NCBI RefSeq assembly: GCF_041146345.1
Contig: NW_027191417.1
Location: 62,001-126,000, forward strand
Direction of reading: 5' to 3'
From: Neodothiora populina
Lineage: Eukaryota
DNA: 64,000 nucleotides
In this document: positions 46,835 through 60,390 of the stretch, in pieces
Position numbering within the stretch: position 1 is the stretch's first letter
How the letters are laid out: every line of letters starts with the position of its first letter
Made by a program: the position numbers and the translations under genes
Notes under the pieces: model-generated
Told to the model about the DNA's origin: nothing
What the model saw: only the letters and a program-made list of their open reading frames with translations
Databases searched by the model: none

Positions 46835-47668
46835 TCAAGAGGTTTCCATAGGTGGCATAGGGGCATGGAGATCGCGTCTTCTTCTTCTCTTCTTCAGAGA
46901 GCATGCGCTAGCTTTGGCTGTAGTCTTTGCCGTTGTCTTCGATGTGGGCTTGGCGGTAGTTTTGGCAGTGGTCTTTGCGGTCGTCTTTGCAGTGGTCTTT
47001 GCAGTGGTCTTTGCAGTGGTTTTTGCCGTCGTCTTTGCAGTGGTCTTTGCAGTAGTCTTCTTCGCGGTTGATGACGCATCTTGCGCCAGGATACATTGAC
47101 ATGCATTGCTGACGTCCATGGCATTCGGGATCTTACCGAACGGCGTGGACTTGTGAGGACGTTGCGCCAGCCAGTCTGTGCAGAAGGAGTCCGTAGATGG
47201 CCTATTTATCCGGATGCGAGCGATGTGAGAGGCTACACATTTGAGTGATGAAGCGACGGTTGCCGCATTCTTCTGGGTCGAGATAGTGATGGAAGTACCC
47301 TTCTTGGTCGTCGTGGTTGCTTTCTTGGTGGAGGTACATACAGATGCTGCAGCCCTCTCCTCGAGATCACGTTCTTGCAAACCAGCCACGTCCAGTTCGG
47401 CATACTCGTCGGCATATCGCTTGCTCAACACGGATATCGGGCAGATTCCGAAGAGAGGTTGACAGCCGTCACCGCAATGGTCATCAGTCGATCCGCAGAT
47501 GCCTGCTGCATTACAACAACTGCCGAAGCTTGATCCCACACAAGTCACACCTCCTCCACACATTCCGTTCTGTGAAACGCCGGTGATTGGCGCATAGTCT
47601 ACTGCTAGAGTAGCATGAGAGGAAGCAAAGAACAGCGCAAGAGCGGAGATACCAAGGAGCCTGCCCAT
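46835..47668 (-). CDS. Secreted protein with a hevein/CBM18-like domain, Kex2-like sites and a basic AKTT repeat, 277 aa
   Basis: Signal peptide; SQNGMCGGGVTCVGSSFGSCCNAAGICGSTDDHCGDGCQPLFGIC; LSKR and LQERDLEER; (AKTT)n; KKRRRRR. Confidence 0.88.
   Translation of the reverse strand: MGRLLGISALALFFASSHATLAVDYAPITGVSQNGMCGGGVTCVGSSFGSCCNAAGICGSTDDHCGDGCQPLFGICPISVLSKRYADEYAELDVAGLQERDLEERAAASVCTSTKKATTTTKKGTSITISTQKNAATVASSLKCVASHIARIRINRPSTDSFCTDWLAQRPHKSTPFGKIPNAMDVSNACQCILAQDASSTAKKTTAKTTAKTTAKTTAKTTAKTTAKTTAKTTAKTTAKPTSKTTAKTTAKASACSLKKRRRRRDLHAPMPPMETS
46913..47065 (-). repeat. 12-bp coding minisatellite, about 11 copies (AKTT)
   Basis: gtctttgcagtg-type units on the + strand, varying at synonymous positions. 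Confidence 0.92.
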
Positions 47669-49396
47669 GGTTCACTCTCGTATGCGATTCAGAGGGATAT
47701 GGAAGAAGCGGGACAATTGATGCTGACCGAGAGGTATGGAGAGAACAGGAGGAAGAAAAGAGATGAACACCAGGAGTTGAGGAACACAGCGACTGGTTCG
47801 TGTCTTAACAGGACCTACTGAGCTGGTTATATGCAGGGGATTGGCATCCGCCGTTTACATAGCCAACGTTGTTGGCATAGAGAATTTTGCGACACCGGCC
47901 ACATTGACCTGCCACCGCAACGGACCGGTCGATAGGCGGAGCGGTCACGCACGGGTCGAGATGATTACTGCTCTGACTCCAACGTCCGCGGTCAAGAGTA
48001 TATCAGGAGAACTCAAGCTGTCGGGCTGTTATTCTGCTCGGGAAAAGAAGTTCCAGACTCGGTGGTTGAAAAGAGTAGGACCATTCACTGCCAGCAGATC
48101 GCCAATGCATGCAGGAAAAACTTACCGTTAGATAGGAGCTCAGGTCATCGGGGCAACAGAACGGTTCAGCCGTTTGACAGCCATGCGGCAACTACTGGCA
48201 GGTCCGGCATGGCGGGAAAAGTGGCTGTTATGATGTATGTCCTTGATGAGTGCTCAGGAAAAGCTCGCGCGCCGCGTTGAGAAAACGTATAATGATGCAT
48301 GGAAGCACGAGTCCTCTTCAACGACTTGCTTTCGCGATGTAGTCCGTGGCGGCAACCGGCAGATACAGCAGGCGGCTGAGCAGTCCCAATTAAGTCTTTT
48401 AGTACTTAGGTACTCGTTAGACCTCGTCTATCTCGTGGCCCAGTAACCTTAATCATCATAATCCAGGCACACCCGCATCCGCAGTACACTTGCAAGGGGT
48501 AGACCTAAACGAAGAGGAGTAGACTCCAGTACCCACAAGTACAGTACCTTACCTGTATCTTGCGCGGCACAAGAGCGACGGAATCATATTACTGTTTGGC
48601 CAAGGGCGATGGAGTATTGCCAAGACTTTCGTGCAAGAAGAGAAATACTGTGAATATTGGAGACCTGGCCCGAACACACACGAAGCCCTAGAGTTTATCT
48701 AACAAATGAACACATCTCGGATGCTGGTGTATTCCTAGCGCAAAGAAATGGGAACAGAATGCAGGTCGATTACCTCTGTCTGACCATGACTTCGGTCTAG
48801 AGTATGGACAAAGCTCTCGCCATGTACGCCGACCAACACTAGATTCAAGGAGACGCCCTTGATCGCTTGGTGCGATTGGTCTTGAGCATCTACAGTACGG
48901 AGGTACAATAACGTTGGACCCACAGGTGCCGAGCTTCCGACTGTGTGGTGCTTCCTTACTCATACATCATCTTGCCGTCTCCACCTCAACCTCGACTGAA
49001 CAAGCATCACGTTCTACAGGACGAATGGGACAAGCATGGAAAAGACCTCATGCGATCCATCCGTGGACACGAAGCTGGCAGTGTTGTTGGGCGCTAACAA
49101 CATGGAGACAGATGCTATCGAATCACGCAGGATCGAATACGAAGAAAAATTGCATCCCAAGCTCAAGCATCAGTAATGGTTTCACACTATCAAGACGACT
49201 CTCGCGCTGGTGAATCTTGTGAATTAGAAGAGCCGAAGTTCAGCAATAGTTTTCAATCCTGCCCTTTAGGAGTCTGCTGCCCCCACCCTTCCAATTTCTC
49301 GAGTTGACAATGCTTGTGGTCGGTTATTGTACTCATCTATTGCCCCTGTGATGAATAGTATATGCTTATGATCAACCTTGTTTACGTTCAGTGGTT

Positions 49397-51078
49397 ATGT
49401 CGATATTGCATGCTGGAGCAATTGCGGTTACGTTTTATGCACTGCCAAATCTAGCCTTAGCATTCGCCTCTTTCACGCCATCGGCTGTAGTGTTGAATCT
49501 CACTGTGCTCGACCGACCTGCGTCGATCTCAGCATCCAACCGTGAGTATCAAGAATAATAACCAGATCCGGCAGGGTTCTCACCATAAGACAGACTGTTC
49601 CACAAATAGCAGTAGCCAACTTCTCATCAGCAATGCCGAGCAAGCCGCATCGTTTGCATCCGTGTGCACATCTTTCACTGGAGCTATACACATCAATGCG
49701 TCCGAGAATCTTGCGCTGGACGGTCTGAGGGTCATAGATGGCAGCCTGAGCATTGCGGCCGCACCAAATACTACAGTCATCTCGTCCAACAGTCTTGCTA
49801 ATGTTACGGGATCTTTACTGCTATCGTGCGTGCCCGGCCTGGTCTCCTTGAACTTCACAAGTCTACGATCAGTTGGGTCGTTATATCTCCATGGCTTGCC
49901 ATCTTCATTGCAAGATCTGCCACTGCTACAGACGCTAGAGAACGTCAATGAGATAGAAGTCCGTTCGACTGAGCTGGAGAGCCTCTCTGGCTTGAACCTG
50001 CAAGATGTGCGCGGTGTAAATATACAGAATAACCCGAGTCTGACGGCACTCGACCTCAGAGCAGTCAATGTCACAGACCTCCGGATTGCGAACAACTCGC
50101 AAGAACTGGTGGTCAGCCTGCCGAACCTTGACTGGGTGAACAATCTGAGCTTGGCAAATTGCTCTAGTGTCTCGATACCATCATTGACAAGAGTGAACAA
50201 TACTCTGCAATTGTTAGGAAATTCATTCTCCGGCTTTGACAACGCATCGGCCGTTCGCACGATCGGGGATGGCCTGTGGATCAACGACAACATAAAGCTG
50301 GCAAACATCAGCCTGCCTTCGCTTCGAAGTATCGGAGGTCATGTTGATATAGCGGATAACCCACAACTTAGTGTCCTCGATAGAGTCTCTGCACTAGAAA
50401 GCATCGGTGGAAACATGCATCTAGACGGCAATTTTCTGAGGTAGTGTCCGGATGCTGTTTAGATTGGGACTGCGCGACTGACCGTTTCGTGACAGCATAT
50501 CATTTCCATCTCTTGTAAATGTCAACGGTAGTTTCGTACTCAACACGACTACCGAGCTCGATTGCACAATCTTTGATACCTATTATGACCATGGCGTCAT
50601 CATGGGCAACTACACGTGTAGCAACCACACTGCAGGTTCAAGTAGCAAATCTCGGAACAGTACCTTGACCACGCATATCAGTCATAGCGAACATATTGGT
50701 ACCAAGATTGCACTCGGTGTCGCAATTCCTCTGGGCATCCTAGGCGTTGGGTCTTTGGTAGCTCTGTACTTCCTCCGTAGACTGAGGACGGGTCGCAAAA
50801 GACGACCTCAAAACGAGTACGAAGAGAAGAAAGGCTCGCTAAACACGTCGACATCATCCAGCTTGATCGAGATTGGAGATAGCAAGGCACTCGCCGAACT
50901 CGGTCGAAACCAAACGAATACACTCGTTGGACCCGAGCAGCGTCATGAGCTTAACGCAACCACTGCTCCTACAGAGCTTGAATCGAACGCTGTTGACGAC
51001 ACGCATGGTATGAACGTCATCATTGGACAGTTCGAACTCGAAGGTGATACTGTACAGAGACGCAAGCCAGAGACATGA
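49397..51078 (+). CDS. Ecm33/Sps2/Pst1-like L-domain protein with a transmembrane helix and cytosolic tail, 3 exons, about 524 aa
   Basis: Exons 49397-49541, 49594-50440 and 50496-51078 join in frame. Signal-like N-terminus; CTSFTGAIHI; repeated LxxL/VxGxLxI units with many NxS/T sequons; LDCxxF..VIMGNYTC cap; TM IALGVAIPLGILGVGSLVALYFL followed by RRLRTGRKRR. Confidence 0.88.
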
Positions 51079-52994
51079 GCTTAAGCGGCAGCTAGGAGGG
51101 GAGCTTGTGCGGAGCTCATTACTCACTGAGCTCCACCTATGCACAATCATCGCGTACCAGTCCTCAGGGGAAAGATAGCCATTACCGCGAACCATCTTTT
51201 CAACCAACGTATCAGCAACACACGGTCTATTGAATTTTGACTTCGTTAACCATTGTCCAATTGATGAGCATAGGAGGACGACCAAGCATTTATTTGCCGA
51301 TCGAATGCACATCCGAGAAATGATCTGATCGACATAAAAATGCTTGATACCCAGGACCAAGTAATCCAGACAAGGGACAAGGAAAAGAAAGTGATCGACA
51401 CTGGACAGCGCGCGCGCACGCCAGCTATGATCACCAAGCTGTCAGACCACCCCACACTGCACTTGTGCAATGGTGGCACACCTAGACCAATAATCAATCG
51501 GGTATTGTGATACTGTACATCTTGACCGAACCGACGATTTTGCTCAATTCTAAGTTAGTGTCGGTAATCCAGGACGACGGTAGAATGGGCATAGATCGTC
51601 TCCATCTGGCCCCCCTTTCTCCTTTCACCATTAACATCGCCGGCTCCTATCTCCTGGTACTCCCGCGTTGCGTCTCACGCGCTAGTCGAGCCCTCTCCAT
51701 GCCTCTTGCTTGACGAACCACGATCGCCGCTGTGTCTCGGCAAAGAGAAGACGACTGGAGTATGCTACTGCACGGAATCTCGCCGATCAACACAGAGAGA
51801 CACCGAGACCAGGGGAACAGCATGTTCATCGTCGCCAGATAAGTCTAGTGAGAAGATAGAGTCCCATTACGACGGCCCACATCGCCCATCATTCCCACTG
51901 TGCACATGCCGTACACATGTACTGTACATAAACAGTATGTACCCGGAAAGACGTCGAAACACAAGAAAGTTCACATGGTGTGTCTCGTCATTCTTAATTC
52001 CCGCCCTTCTCGCCGCGTCGCCGCGCGCACTGGGCACCCTTCACTTCGCAAAAAGTCAAAAGCTGGGACATATCTCCCGCTGTTACGACCCATTTTCTTT
52101 TCCCTTATCCATAGATAAAGGGCGGTCGGCCCACAAGGGGAAGGGAAGATCATTCGATCAAAAGGATAGTATAGTGGTTCTCGCGTTGATGCCCAATTGT
52201 ATCGATGCCCAACGCCCTATGCGTATAGTACTGTACACATATAGATCCGGGAAGATATCGCTACGACAAAAACAAGATACGGGCGGTAATGCAAAAGGAG
52301 AATATGGAAAACGTTTTCCGTCCCCTATGGCTACTGCACGACGATTGAACAGAAATGTTGTCAGACTGGCTCTTGCTGATGAATCATGAAAAAGGAGTGA
52401 AATGTGACGGGACAGATTGAGATATTCCATACATGCACTGCTACATTTTGAATTCCGGAGCAACCATCCACCAGGGCGGCCACCGTCCGGAGTCCTTGTA
52501 GCTAGCCAGCGCTTGATAGCATGCAATGTATACCGTAGAGAGATGGCCTTGAGAATAATTTTTGCCATTAATCTTCATCCTCGTGCCCATATGAAGTCAT
52601 GCAGAAAGGACAGTATAGAAACACGCGGCATACCGAGAAGCCGCAAACGAGGCTGCGAAAAAAAACCCAGCCGAGTAAAGAAAAACAACGCTGAGGTGGT
52701 ATCGTTTCGCAGAAAAGCATGCCATGGTGTTTTTGTTTCCTTTCCCCCATCCGACTGACCCTTCCATTGTCCATTCCTTGATCTCCCAATTACCAGTGAT
52801 ATAGTGATTTTTGACGAATCATCCGATGCTTTTCCATTTTCGTTGCTTGAAATTGTTTTGTTTCCACTTTTCCTGAAACCCTGTATGGCTTCCCGGGGCT
52901 CTCTTGATCTCAGCGGCCATCTGCGACTCCCTTTCTAGTGGCTCCCTCCAGGTCTCGCTCCCAGGGTCTGATACGAATCGGATCCAGGCTCGCT

Positions 52995-55900
52995 TCATAC
53001 AGATTCCGCTGGCTTCAACTTCACCTCTATGTCGTTCTTGAAGCCTAAATTCGACAAGAAGTCGCGCTTGTCACGAGTGAAAACACTGTTCAGGCCACTC
53101 TTGCTGACTTTATGCCCAATCCTGAATGCCGCAATGGATCTGTTGACTGGTTGTATCACTCCATCCACAGTGCTTGAGTTGGATGTTGTTCTGCTAAGAC
53201 TATTTTCGCGGATCCTGACCTGGCTGACTCCCTCGAAACAATCGGCAGGCTTAGGCTCCAGTTTCAGGGATCGCCGCCAGAAGCTTTGCATGGTGCACTG
53301 CTCGCTTGTATGTACCCGATCTATCATGGTGTTGATCCACTCTTGTAATTCGTCCACGGCCCGAAGGCGGTAACAAACTTGATAGCGTTGGAGATCCGAG
53401 ATTATTCGCGCTGTGCGCATATGTTTGTCAAAGTTGATGATTTTGATAGGCTGGATAGTGTCGTCACTACTAGGGAGTGTACGGAAGTCCTGATTGCCCG
53501 CGTCCACAAAGGTCAAGTCGGTAAGGTAAATGCCCACGAAAGGAAGACATGGTGCTCTGGGTGTTCTGAGGCGTTGACGAAGGACGGCGTAATTACGACT
53601 TATATCCACGACGTTCTTCAGCTCTTCGAAGGTGTTCTTCCACTTCTGAGATACTGCACTCCAAGAAGCTCTCAAACGGAGAATGGTGGACGAGCTGAGT
53701 GAACATACAATAGCCATGACGCTGTCGTAGTTGCTGAGATTGAGACAAGCTTTTCCTATGCGGATCCAGTGCTTGATGACAAGCGCACGCTTCTTCAGCT
53801 CCTCAGCTGACAGTATGCTGTCAGCGACAAGGTTGGTAAGATCTGTGGCGAAGCGCGCCATGGTACGGATGTTGCTGTTGGCGGATGAGGCCTTAGTCCA
53901 TTTGGTGTTCAGCAGCTCTTGGGCCTCGATTGCGCAGAAAGTCCGGGATTGTATCAGAGTAAATTGACGAGCAATTTCGGTAGGGTCAAAATCAGTCACA
54001 CAACCGATTGAAGCGTCAGTGAGGGCTGTTCGCAAGATATTTAGCTGGCCCTTAGTGATTACTGAGCTTGGCACGTTCTGTTTCTGGTACTCTGTGCCCA
54101 AGGAGACACTGATCTTGCCGACTGGTTTGACGATTTGGGAAACAGAGTCCGTTCTTTCTTGTCGAGAGGCCTTTTCAGTCAGTTCAAGTAGTTTTCGTCC
54201 AGGAGCCGCAAGGAACTGCTTCATATCCTCGCTTGCAAATGCTTGGATTGTAGGTATTGCTTCAGAGTCATGCTCGTTCAGCCAGTGAGACTCCAGCCAG
54301 CCTTTCATGAAATTGTAGACCCTTAGTCGAGCGGGCACGCTCTCGGTCTTACTTTCTCCAACATAACGAAATCGGTCTATCAATGCTTGCGCAAGTTGGT
54401 TAGCATCTGTGAATAGCCGGAACGTGAGGTAGAAAGTGTTGACGAAGGTCGGGTCCGGTGGCGAGTGTTGGCTTGTGAGCTTCTCCACAAGGGCTCGAAG
54501 AGTGCCACCGAGGATTTCGCCATCTTTGTTGTAAAGCAGCTCATGTGCATAAGAAACGGCAAGTATCTCAGCTTCGTTATCGCTCCCGTCACTCGCGAGG
54601 GTCGTCGCTGATCGTAAGCTTGATTTGCTCGGGAAGCTGGTCAACTTAGGATCATCCTTCTCGGAGCTATTTGAGCGATCAGGTGTTGTCGCCCTGGTGG
54701 AAGTATGTGATCTAGCACTGCCTACTGAGTTTCTGAAGCTGTTCTGGTATGTACTCAAAGACTCACTCGCCGACATTACGAGGCTGTGCTTGCGTGTCTG
54801 CATCTGAGTATCCCAGGGATCTCTGAGCAGACTATCTGGCGAGATTGGGGTCCTAACAGACGTTGGCGTGGGTGAAGCTTGGTCGAGTACTGAACGTGTT
54901 GTGTTTGAGACTTGTGGGGACGATCTAGGCCGAGGGGCTAGCTCATTATCCTTCACAATTGGAACGAAGTCTTTGCTACCCAGGGTAGCGGCTCGCACAT
55001 GCAGAGCCTTTTGTCCATGTCCCTCGACCGCACCCATCTCATGCTCTTGGTATATGGCCTCATCGACGTCATCAACAGTAACAACCTGTGCCTCAGATTC
55101 ACCTGGTCCATCATCGATAGCCTCGGGATCCACTGCAGCAAGGTGTCCTCTGAACGATTGGTCTTGTTGATAAGCAGCGGTAAGGTCAAGGGTGAAGTCT
55201 CCGTTCTGGTCCAGAAGTCGACGAGCCTTCACAGTTCCTTCTCCTGCGGATCGAACACAGGCTGTGGCAGCACCCACTAGACCCTTTCGTAGTCCGGGTC
55301 TGAGTAAGGTAGGGTCTTCGAAAGGTTCAGAGGACGTGCATAGAGTCTGTGCTGCGTCTGACAAGCTCTGGAGGTTCCCGTGCATCTCTTCCATGACATC
55401 TCGAACTTCCTCTGATCGGCATGAATCATGTATCCATATCGCCCGGATCACAGTGATGAGTCCAATGTAGGCATCAGAAGATCTCTTCATAGCATTCGTC
55501 AAATCCATAGATGTTCTTGACTGTAGATGCAAACCCAAGAACGCACCGATGTGTCCTAATAGGTGATCGTGTGCAGCAGAAAGTCTCTCACCTGCAAGGT
55601 TGGAGTTGCTACGTTCTTCTAGGTGCTGCCCAAGTCCAGAGCGATCGTCGGGCCTAAGTCCCAACAAGGGAGAGCCTTGACGATCCTGCACGTCTGAGCT
55701 TGTTTCAGTCAGTGAGCTGACCGGATCATCCGGTAATACTGATATAGACTGCGCATCGATGCCAACGGATTCAGACTGGGTTACAGATTCTAAGCTTCCG
55801 TGGGAATCTTCTGACTTTCTCGGCTGTAGATCAAAATCGAAGAGCCCGGCTTGTTCTGGTAGATCTGTGACAGGGCGCACACGATCTTCGTCGATAGTTC

Positions 55901-56715
55901 GTAGCTCCGCAGGTAGAATGGGCGAGAACGAATTTGTGGACGAGGAAGGAAAGCTATGCTCGACATTCGCGCCATCGTCAAAAGATGAATTGATGCGCAA
56001 ACGCCTTGAACCAGCCCCTTGGATCCAGAGATCCAAGAATCGTACAGCGCGACATGTGACTCTGAATGCTTTGCTCATGTAATCGTCAATCGTAGACCAT
56101 GACACCTCGCCAGGACTGTCTGTGGAGAATGTGTCTTGTATCTGTTTTCGGCATTTAATGAGAACTGCCAATTCGGCAAGCAGAGTTTTGCGGGTTCGAC
56201 GAAGACCAATGTGTTCTTGGATCGCGGCATCGTACCTATGCAGACAATCGCAGTGCTCCTGTCTGATTATTAGCACAATTTTGAAAATATGTCATAGTGA
56301 TCAGTCATACTAGCAAACGCCGCACGCCAGCTATGAGGCCCTGGACGTAGTCTTGCCTCTCATCGATCATGGCCATGCCACCACCTTGCGAACTGAGATA
56401 ATCCCATAATTGGGTCAAACCATGCATAAGACTTCGAATGAAAGGATGATCGAAGATCTGGCAGAAGTTCGTGGGGATCCAACCTCTCGCTCCAGTCTGC
56501 AGGACGGTCCCATCTGCCCAACCATTGGCATGAGTGAGATGTACCAAGATTATATCACCCTCTTCCAGTGGGACCGTCACAGAGACACCGCCAGTAGAGC
56601 CAGAGAGCGTGGTTTGGGCAGGCTGATAGTCGTGGCAAGCGCGCATGTACTTTCGATTCAGGGGTGGCGTGGTCACCGGTCGGGCGTGAATCGTTGTTTC
56701 TCTGATGGATGACAT
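52995..56715 (-). CDS. SH3 - REM - Cdc25-type Ras guanine nucleotide exchange factor, 2 exons, about 1222 aa
   Basis: Exons 56715-56311 and 56258-52995. SH3 RACHDY..GWADG..RGWIPTNFC; REM GGTLRALVEKLT, FYLTFRLF; catalytic EIARQFT, PCLPFVGIYLTDLTF, INFDK. An extra upstream exon cannot be excluded. Confidence 0.94.
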
Positions 56716-59270
56716 TGGACCGGAGTGTAGACACCGAGGTGTGTCAAACAGAGTATAGTGGTTCAGAAGTGCAAGTGATCCAGAGGAGTTTTGATTACAA
56801 TGATCCGATAATGCACTACTCCGCGATACCTTGGACGCTCTTCAGCGATTTCATGATCTGCACCCACACATGCAACGAGGATTGTCAATTAAGGCCCATG
56901 GCTTAGGGTCATCAAGGCTTCGTCGAGATTATTGATGGGGTTTGAGTTTTTGTATATTCCTTTTAGGTACTGGTCTTACGGCGTTAGAGAGTTTACACCA
57001 CGCCAAGGCAGGCCTCGGTCGGGGAAGCGACGTTCCGTGGAATGCCAGGAGGGCAACAGGCTTCGGTCAAGCAAGTGATGTGAGCTGTCGTCAGGACCGG
57101 GAGGATGGGCCGCCGCAACCTTGTCTATGCAGGAAGCTACTGCTAATATATGGATATCCCTGTGCTGCAAGATGGGGGACCTCGTGTTGTGTGCAGCAGT
57201 GGAGAAACGGACGTAACAGGCCTCCGCCAAAGGATGCGCCGCAGCAGGAAACAGCAGAATTACCTCAGAGTAGTCGCGGAACCGACACACCATAACCATT
57301 ATAAAGCAAGTGAAGATTCCGGTTCTCACCATCTGCAGCTTGGAGAAAGCCGTCACATTGTTTCATTGCGCGAGACTAGCCAGCTTGGGTAGGCTAGCTC
57401 GTGAGAGCCTTTGGTGGTGCACGCTTAAAATGGGAAGTGAAGAGTCAAGGGTTCCATAGCTGATTCGTGCACGAGGACTTGTGAACCTTGATGATCGGTG
57501 TGCAGGGATAGAGTGTTAGCGACTGGCAGAGGCCTGGGGGAACACACATCTATTCTGAATTAAAGTAGACTCGATGCATGTTAGCGAGCCAGTGCTCCAG
57601 CCTGGACGTAGATGGCGAAGAGGGAGCGACGTTGGGGATGACCGGTAAAATGCATGGTGATTTCGCAAACCTTAGCTTGCTCTAGTCTCCCAGCCAAGAT
57701 CCCACGCCACGCCATCGGAATACTCTAAATGAACGGCTATACCAGTTCCTTACATGCGCGTGAACGTATCATGGTCACTGCGCGACGATCCTCCGGCTTC
57801 TCAATCTTAAGGTCCATTCATTGATGATTGTGGCTGTCCAAGGAGGGTCATAAACATCCGAGAAGGCGTGCCGTAGATTTACAAGGGCCTACGACGACTG
57901 TGGATACACGGATCAGCGCCCTCTTCCGGATCGAACTTTGACTCCCATTGACTTCGTAGCGAAGACAGCCCAAGGCACTTCGACTTGCTTAAGGTACCTA
58001 TCAGGATGAGAGAAAGTTCTGCTGTACAGTGGACATACCCTACATGTCCACTGCACATCTCATGCAGTGCCGAACGGGACGTGCAGCGGCCACTACTGCC
58101 CTAGGGCTGGCAGAGTTCCCGGCTTGTTTGTTTCCATATCCCAAATGACAGTCAACAAAGAATCGGGAGATTACTTGTCGATATGGTAGGACCATAGAAG
58201 ACTGGACCGTCACTGTCAAGTGTTAGGTCCCAGAGCCTTGGGACGTCGAAACTTTTTCATTTGCACAAAATTGCAGCAAGCACTTAATTAAATCAGTCAA
58301 TATCGTGTTGCATATCCAGGGTCTCATACCATCCACCCAGATTGTGGAAGCCTACCTAGGTAAGGTAGGCTATTCGATGTGATAATGCAATGCGGCGATC
58401 GAATTTGGAAGGCCCTGAAGTCTAGTGTTGTACAACCGTGAAGTCTAGGTATAGCAGACAAATACATTCATACGACATTCCTGTATCTGTATAGCTGGCC
58501 ATAAGATGTGCTGCAACACAAAGAGGCAGAAACAACACAGACGAGAATCAGATACTGTAGCGCGAATTTCGCTGCATAATACCAGAATAGTCAAGTCGCT
58601 GCGTCACCTTCGTCAGAGGCTTCTTTCGGGGAAGTGTTGGAAGTCAGGCACGGGCGTCGATGAAGGTGGCATTGCTGCGCGCAGTTGTCATTACGAGGTA
58701 CAGGGTCAAATGTACTTGTATAGATCATATAGATCGTGGTGCAGCTCCTGAAGCTGAAGGTTTCACGTTTGGACACGCTGTTGGATCTTTGCCTGCAGCA
58801 TTGAAGCATGACACGATTGGTGCAATCCCTAGATAGCTTAGTGTCATTCGACGTGTGATAATCAAGGTAGATATGGCGTGTCTTAAGACTAAGGCATGAG
58901 ATACGATGACAAGGTCCATGCTCTGCGCTCCCTGTGTTCAGAATATCCGAATGGGGAAACCACGGCATCGCAGAAGGAAGGGACAAGAGCTGGGGTCGAT
59001 GGAGGTCAGCAATTTTGCGTCACGGCATGAGACATGATCGCAAGTCCAGCCCCCCAACAAGCAAAGAAGCAAGTATTACCTTTCCCCACACATTTGCTTA
59101 TCTGCAGGAACAGAGAGAAAATATTGACACATGCGATAGAAATCAATTGCGTGTGATCGCGTGTCTGTGTTACTTGCTTGAGATAGGTCGCGTGTCAGCC
59201 GCATCAATTGGCTGTATTCCTCCGACCTGAGCTATCGCACTTTCACTGCATTCTTACATACACCCCTACC

Positions 59271-60390
59271 ATGCTTGACGCAATCCCGTTGACGGCGCAC
59301 GAAGCGCTGTCCGGTGTTGCAGGTTCCATTTCGTTGGCCTGTTGGGTTTTCTTGTTGGTAGGTAGATATACCATGTGCAGAGATGGACCGCTGCTTCTCA
59401 ATGTAGAGACTGATTGGACCAGGTTCCTCAACTGATCGAGAATTACCGACAAGGGTCTGCCTCAGGCATCTCCATTACTTTTCTGCTTGTGTGGATGGTA
59501 GGCGACATCACAAACTTAATTGGTGCGGCCTGGGCTGGCCTTGTGCCAACAGTGATTGCTCTGGCCATCTACTTTTGTTTTGCCGATGCCGTTCTTCTCT
59601 CACAATGCTTCTACTACAACACGATCAACGCGCGTCGTGAGCGCAAATTGTCAACTCAGACGCAGGTTCAGGGCGAGCAAGAGAATGGTGCTGCCACCGA
59701 GGAGGATCCTCTTATCGTTCGTCGCGCAAGCCATGAGGAGAATCTTGGTCTGCCTGGTAGCAGGAGACGCAGCAGCGCTGCAAGCAGAAGAAGCACCAGA
59801 GCCAGTGGGGAGAGACGAGACAGTCTCGCCAAGATACTCGAGGAGGAGCCTGGAAAGAATGCATACCTTAGGAACACGCTTAGTGTGCTCATGATCCTTC
59901 TTGCTGGTACTGCTGGCTGGGCTCTTGCTTGGAGGGCTGGCGCATGGAGACCATCTCCGGAAGGCTCATCTGGTGAGAGCAGCCCAACTCCTCTCGGCGC
60001 TGAGATCTTGGGCTATGCGAGTGCTGTCTGTTACTTGGGGTAAATCGTCTCTGAATTCACACTTTGGAGTCAAGCTGACTTTATCCCAGCGCCCGCATCC
60101 CTCAAATCATAAAAAACCACAAGGAGAAGTCTTGCGATGGCTTGTCCTTGCTTTTCTTTCTGCTCTCCTTGATGGGAAACCTTACCTACGGTGCAGGAGT
60201 GAGTATATCTTCTACCCGTTTGTTCGCCAGTCACTAACGAGATTAGATTATCTGTCACTCGGTCGAAAAGCAGTACATCATGACCAACCTTCCCTGGCTC
60301 ATCGGGTCCTTGGGTACCATCGCCGAAGACGCTGTCATCTTCCTCCAATTTTCGATGTATGGCGAGCGTCAATGTGCCATCGAAGACTGA
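59271..60390 (+). CDS. ypq1: PQ-loop vacuolar cationic amino acid transporter (Ypq1/Rtc2 family), 4 exons, about 318 aa
   Basis: Exons 59271-59357, 59423-60039, 60090-60198 and 60247-60390. ALSGVAGSISLACW, VPQLIENY, ARIPQIIKN..SCDGLS, NLPWLIGSLGT. Confidence 0.93.

Noticed and set aside
46781..47124. FAVV-, CSGL- and KDHC-repeat ORFs
   Set aside because: Alternative frames of the 12-bp AKTT coding repeat; variation falls at synonymous positions of the AKTT frame.
51706..52389. 227-aa plus-strand ORF
   Set aside because: TTG start, composition unlike a real protein, and located in the convergent 3' intergenic region.
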